From a virus: a DNA stretch of 50,565 nt. A program made the translations under genes and the position numbers. Under the pieces are notes generated by a model. It saw only the letters and a list, made by a program, of their open reading frames with translations. It did not search any database and was not told the DNA's origin. The number at the start of each line of letters is the position of its first letter. The stretch's first letter is position 1. Shown in pieces: positions 49,232-50,565 of the stretch. The stretch lies in IMG/VR virus record IMGVR_UViG_3300045988_176358, one strand, 5' to 3'.

Positions 49232-50215
49232 TTACTCCTCTCCTATCACTACAACATCATCTCGTGGATGAACTTCATAGTCATGTTCAATAAGATGCTT
49301 TAAATCCCCCTGAGTTAACTCAGTGAAGCAGATGTCCCTGTATGAACAAAACTTGCAATCAGGAGTCATATTCTTTGTCTTATTTTTATGCCCTTGCCGA
49401 ACGATATCCCGACAAGTATAGACAAACCCCTCCCAAACATTTTCAACCATATAGGGTACAATATCAAGCTCGCATCGGAAGAAAAAATTGCTCACATTTG
49501 CTGCATAATCATTTCCCTCTTGCAGAACTTTTATGTCCTTTATTCCTCGGAGTTCACAAGCTCTTCTCCAAGAAAAAGGTGTGATATTGTTGCTTTTTGC
49601 TTTGCTGAATCGGTTAGATTTCGGTAGCCAAATTGGCATTGAAGCAGGAGTAGAATGGATGTAATCCCATATCACAGACTTTGGTAATACTCCTGTCATC
49701 ATCTGAACAGCCTTTGCGTATAAGCTTTTTTGAGTGTTCATTACAAGAACATTTTGGTCTGGCTTTCTGTTGAAAGTTTTATGCTCACCAAGTTTACACA
49801 TCTTTTCGCCTTTATGGCGATATTTGTAAAGCTCATCAATAACTCCGTTGAATATGACTGGCTCGCCTTTTACATTACAGATTTCAAGTTCAAAAGGACG
49901 CTCTGTTTGTGTTGGCTGTGGAGCATCTTTATAGATTTCCATGTAGTCTGAAAAGATACACTGAAGCTCAAATAGATAGTCTTCACCGAGTTCTTCTTGC
50001 CATTGTGGCTTCAATTCATAGTACTGCTCACCAATGGTCTTCTGTGCTTCAGCAAGTTTCTCAGGGTCATTGCGGAGTTCCAAAAGTTTGTGAAAATCTG
50101 TGCCAAAGTATAGGGGCCTCACAGGCTTTTTTGCTCTAAGGCATTCATAGTACCCAAGATAATGTCTGTATGGACAGCGCAAATATGAAGAAAATCTAGA
50201 ATATGAAATCTTCAT
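49232..50215 (-). CDS. PD-(D/E)XK Cas4/RecB-like exonuclease with a 4-Cys cluster.
   Basis: 327 aa. N-terminal C (YLRCPYRHY) plus C-terminal CKFCSYRDIC. Core GVIDELYKY...GEHKTF. RBS AAGGAG. Confidence 0.8.
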   Translation of the reverse strand: MKISYSRFSSYLRCPYRHYLGYYECLRAKKPVRPLYFGTDFHKLLELRNDPEKLAEAQKTIGEQYYELKPQWQEELGEDYLFELQCIFSDYMEIYKDAPQPTQTERPFELEICNVKGEPVIFNGVIDELYKYRHKGEKMCKLGEHKTFNRKPDQNVLVMNTQKSLYAKAVQMMTGVLPKSVIWDYIHSTPASMPIWLPKSNRFSKAKSNNITPFSWRRACELRGIKDIKVLQEGNDYAANVSNFFFRCELDIVPYMVENVWEGFVYTCRDIVRQGHKNKTKNMTPDCKFCSYRDICFTELTQGDLKHLIEHDYEVHPRDDVVVIGEE

Positions 50216-50224
50216 GCTGTTCTC

Positions 50225-50304
50225 CTTATAAGTAATACATTGTTATGGTCCAAGCGGTTGGAATCGAACCAACGACCTCTCAGTGTTTCGCATGCTGAGC
50301 GCCC
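50225..50304 (-). tRNA. tRNA-like gene A: canonical cloverleaf arms but an 11-nt anticodon loop. Isotype undetermined.
   Basis: Reverse complement: CCAAGTG TG GCAC AGTAGGTA GGGC G CTCAG CATGCGAAACA CTGAG AGGTC GTTGG TTCGATT CCAAC CGCTTGG A CCA. Perfect 5-bp anticodon stem, standard variable loop and T arm, encoded CCA. Confidence 0.7.
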
Positions 50305-50311
50305 TACCTAC

Positions 50312-50391
50312 TGTGCCACACTTGGAAATGTTTGGAGGAGGTCAGATTCGAACTGACAACAACCCTGAATCGTTGTGGAGCTCCGGGGCTT
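50312..50391 (-). tRNA. tRNA-like gene B: canonical acceptor, D and T arms with a non-canonical anticodon region. Isotype undetermined.
   Basis: Reverse complement: GGAGGAG TA GCTT AATTGGAA AAGC C CCGGA G-CTCCACAACGA-T TCAGG GTTGTT GTCAG TTCGAAT CTGAC CTCCTCC A. The alternative fold ACAAC-GATTCAGG-GTTGT has an 8-nt loop resembling a Leu(CAG) loop. Confidence 0.55.
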
Positions 50392-50503
50392 TTCCAATTA
50401 AGCTACTCCTCCAAGAAGTCGCCCCGATGACGGGTCGAGGCGGCTCTGTTTTGTGCCCACCATCTGGGATGTGAGCTATTCAATTTTTACCCTCTCGGGC
50501 TGG

Positions 50504-50565
50504 TTGGGATAGCTGGATTCGAACCAGCGGAATGCGGGAGTCAAAGTCCCGTGCCTTACCACTTG
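50504..50565 (-). tRNA. tRNA-Gln(UUG), 3' portion (continues at 51..61 after circularisation). An encoded CCA lies at 50501..50503.
   Basis: See feature 1..61. The T arm GCTGG TTCGAAT CCAGC and the acceptor 3' strand TATCCCA are read here. Confidence 0.85.

Noticed and set aside
50392-50503. A possible tRNA or small RNA in the 112-nt spacer between tRNA-like B and tRNA-Gln.
   Set aside because: Only short local hairpins (CCCG-ATGA-CGGG; GCCCCGA...TCGAGGC) are present. There is no cloverleaf and no T-loop. It is left unannotated.

Overview
The first 50 nt are identical to the last 50 nt, and a tRNA gene is only complete when the ends are joined. The window is therefore one complete, circularly closed tailed-phage genome with a unit length of 50,515 bp. 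Strong GGAGG ribosome-binding sites, a phiLC3-type holin, an XhlA-like protein, and SpoIIID-like and BclA-like proteins point to a Firmicutes (probably clostridial) host.

Layout:
- Minus-strand arm: runs 50215->41489 and, across the junction, 8888->256 and 13006->8969. It carries replication, recombination, nucleotide metabolism and regulators: a Cas4-like nuclease, an AAA_24 ATPase, a DUF669 SSB-like protein, an SNF2 helicase, VRR-NUC, a prim-pol/SF3 helicase, family A DNA polymerase, a sigma factor, a SpoIIID-like HTH protein and many small zinc-ribbon proteins. A block of 3 tRNA or tRNA-like genes sits at the junction.
- Plus-strand arm (14273-36430): TerS, a collagen-like fiber gene, TerL, portal, head, tail, an M23 endolysin, holin and XhlA-like.
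- Plus-strand accessory island (36.6-41.5 kb).
- Non-coding hub (13.0-14.27 kb) between the arms: divergent promoters, an iteron-like array around an AT-rich core, and the late promoter with a 29-bp palindrome.

The most interesting content is a two-locus set of nucleotide and DNA-modification genes. It combines a MazG-like NTPase, a dCMP deaminase, an aGPT-Pplase-like protein, a HAD phosphatase, a ThyA-like hydroxymethylase carrying Asp at the Asn177-equivalent position, a Tmk-like kinase, a radical SAM/SPASM enzyme and a GT-A-like transferase. Together these predict a hypermodified pyrimidine in virion DNA whose chemistry I cannot assign to a described pathway.

Second is a pair of tRNA-like genes with canonical acceptor, D and T arms but about 11-nt anticodon loops.

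No integrase, repressor module, CRISPR array, rRNA or transposase was recognised. All functional calls come from reading motifs by eye; no searches were run.
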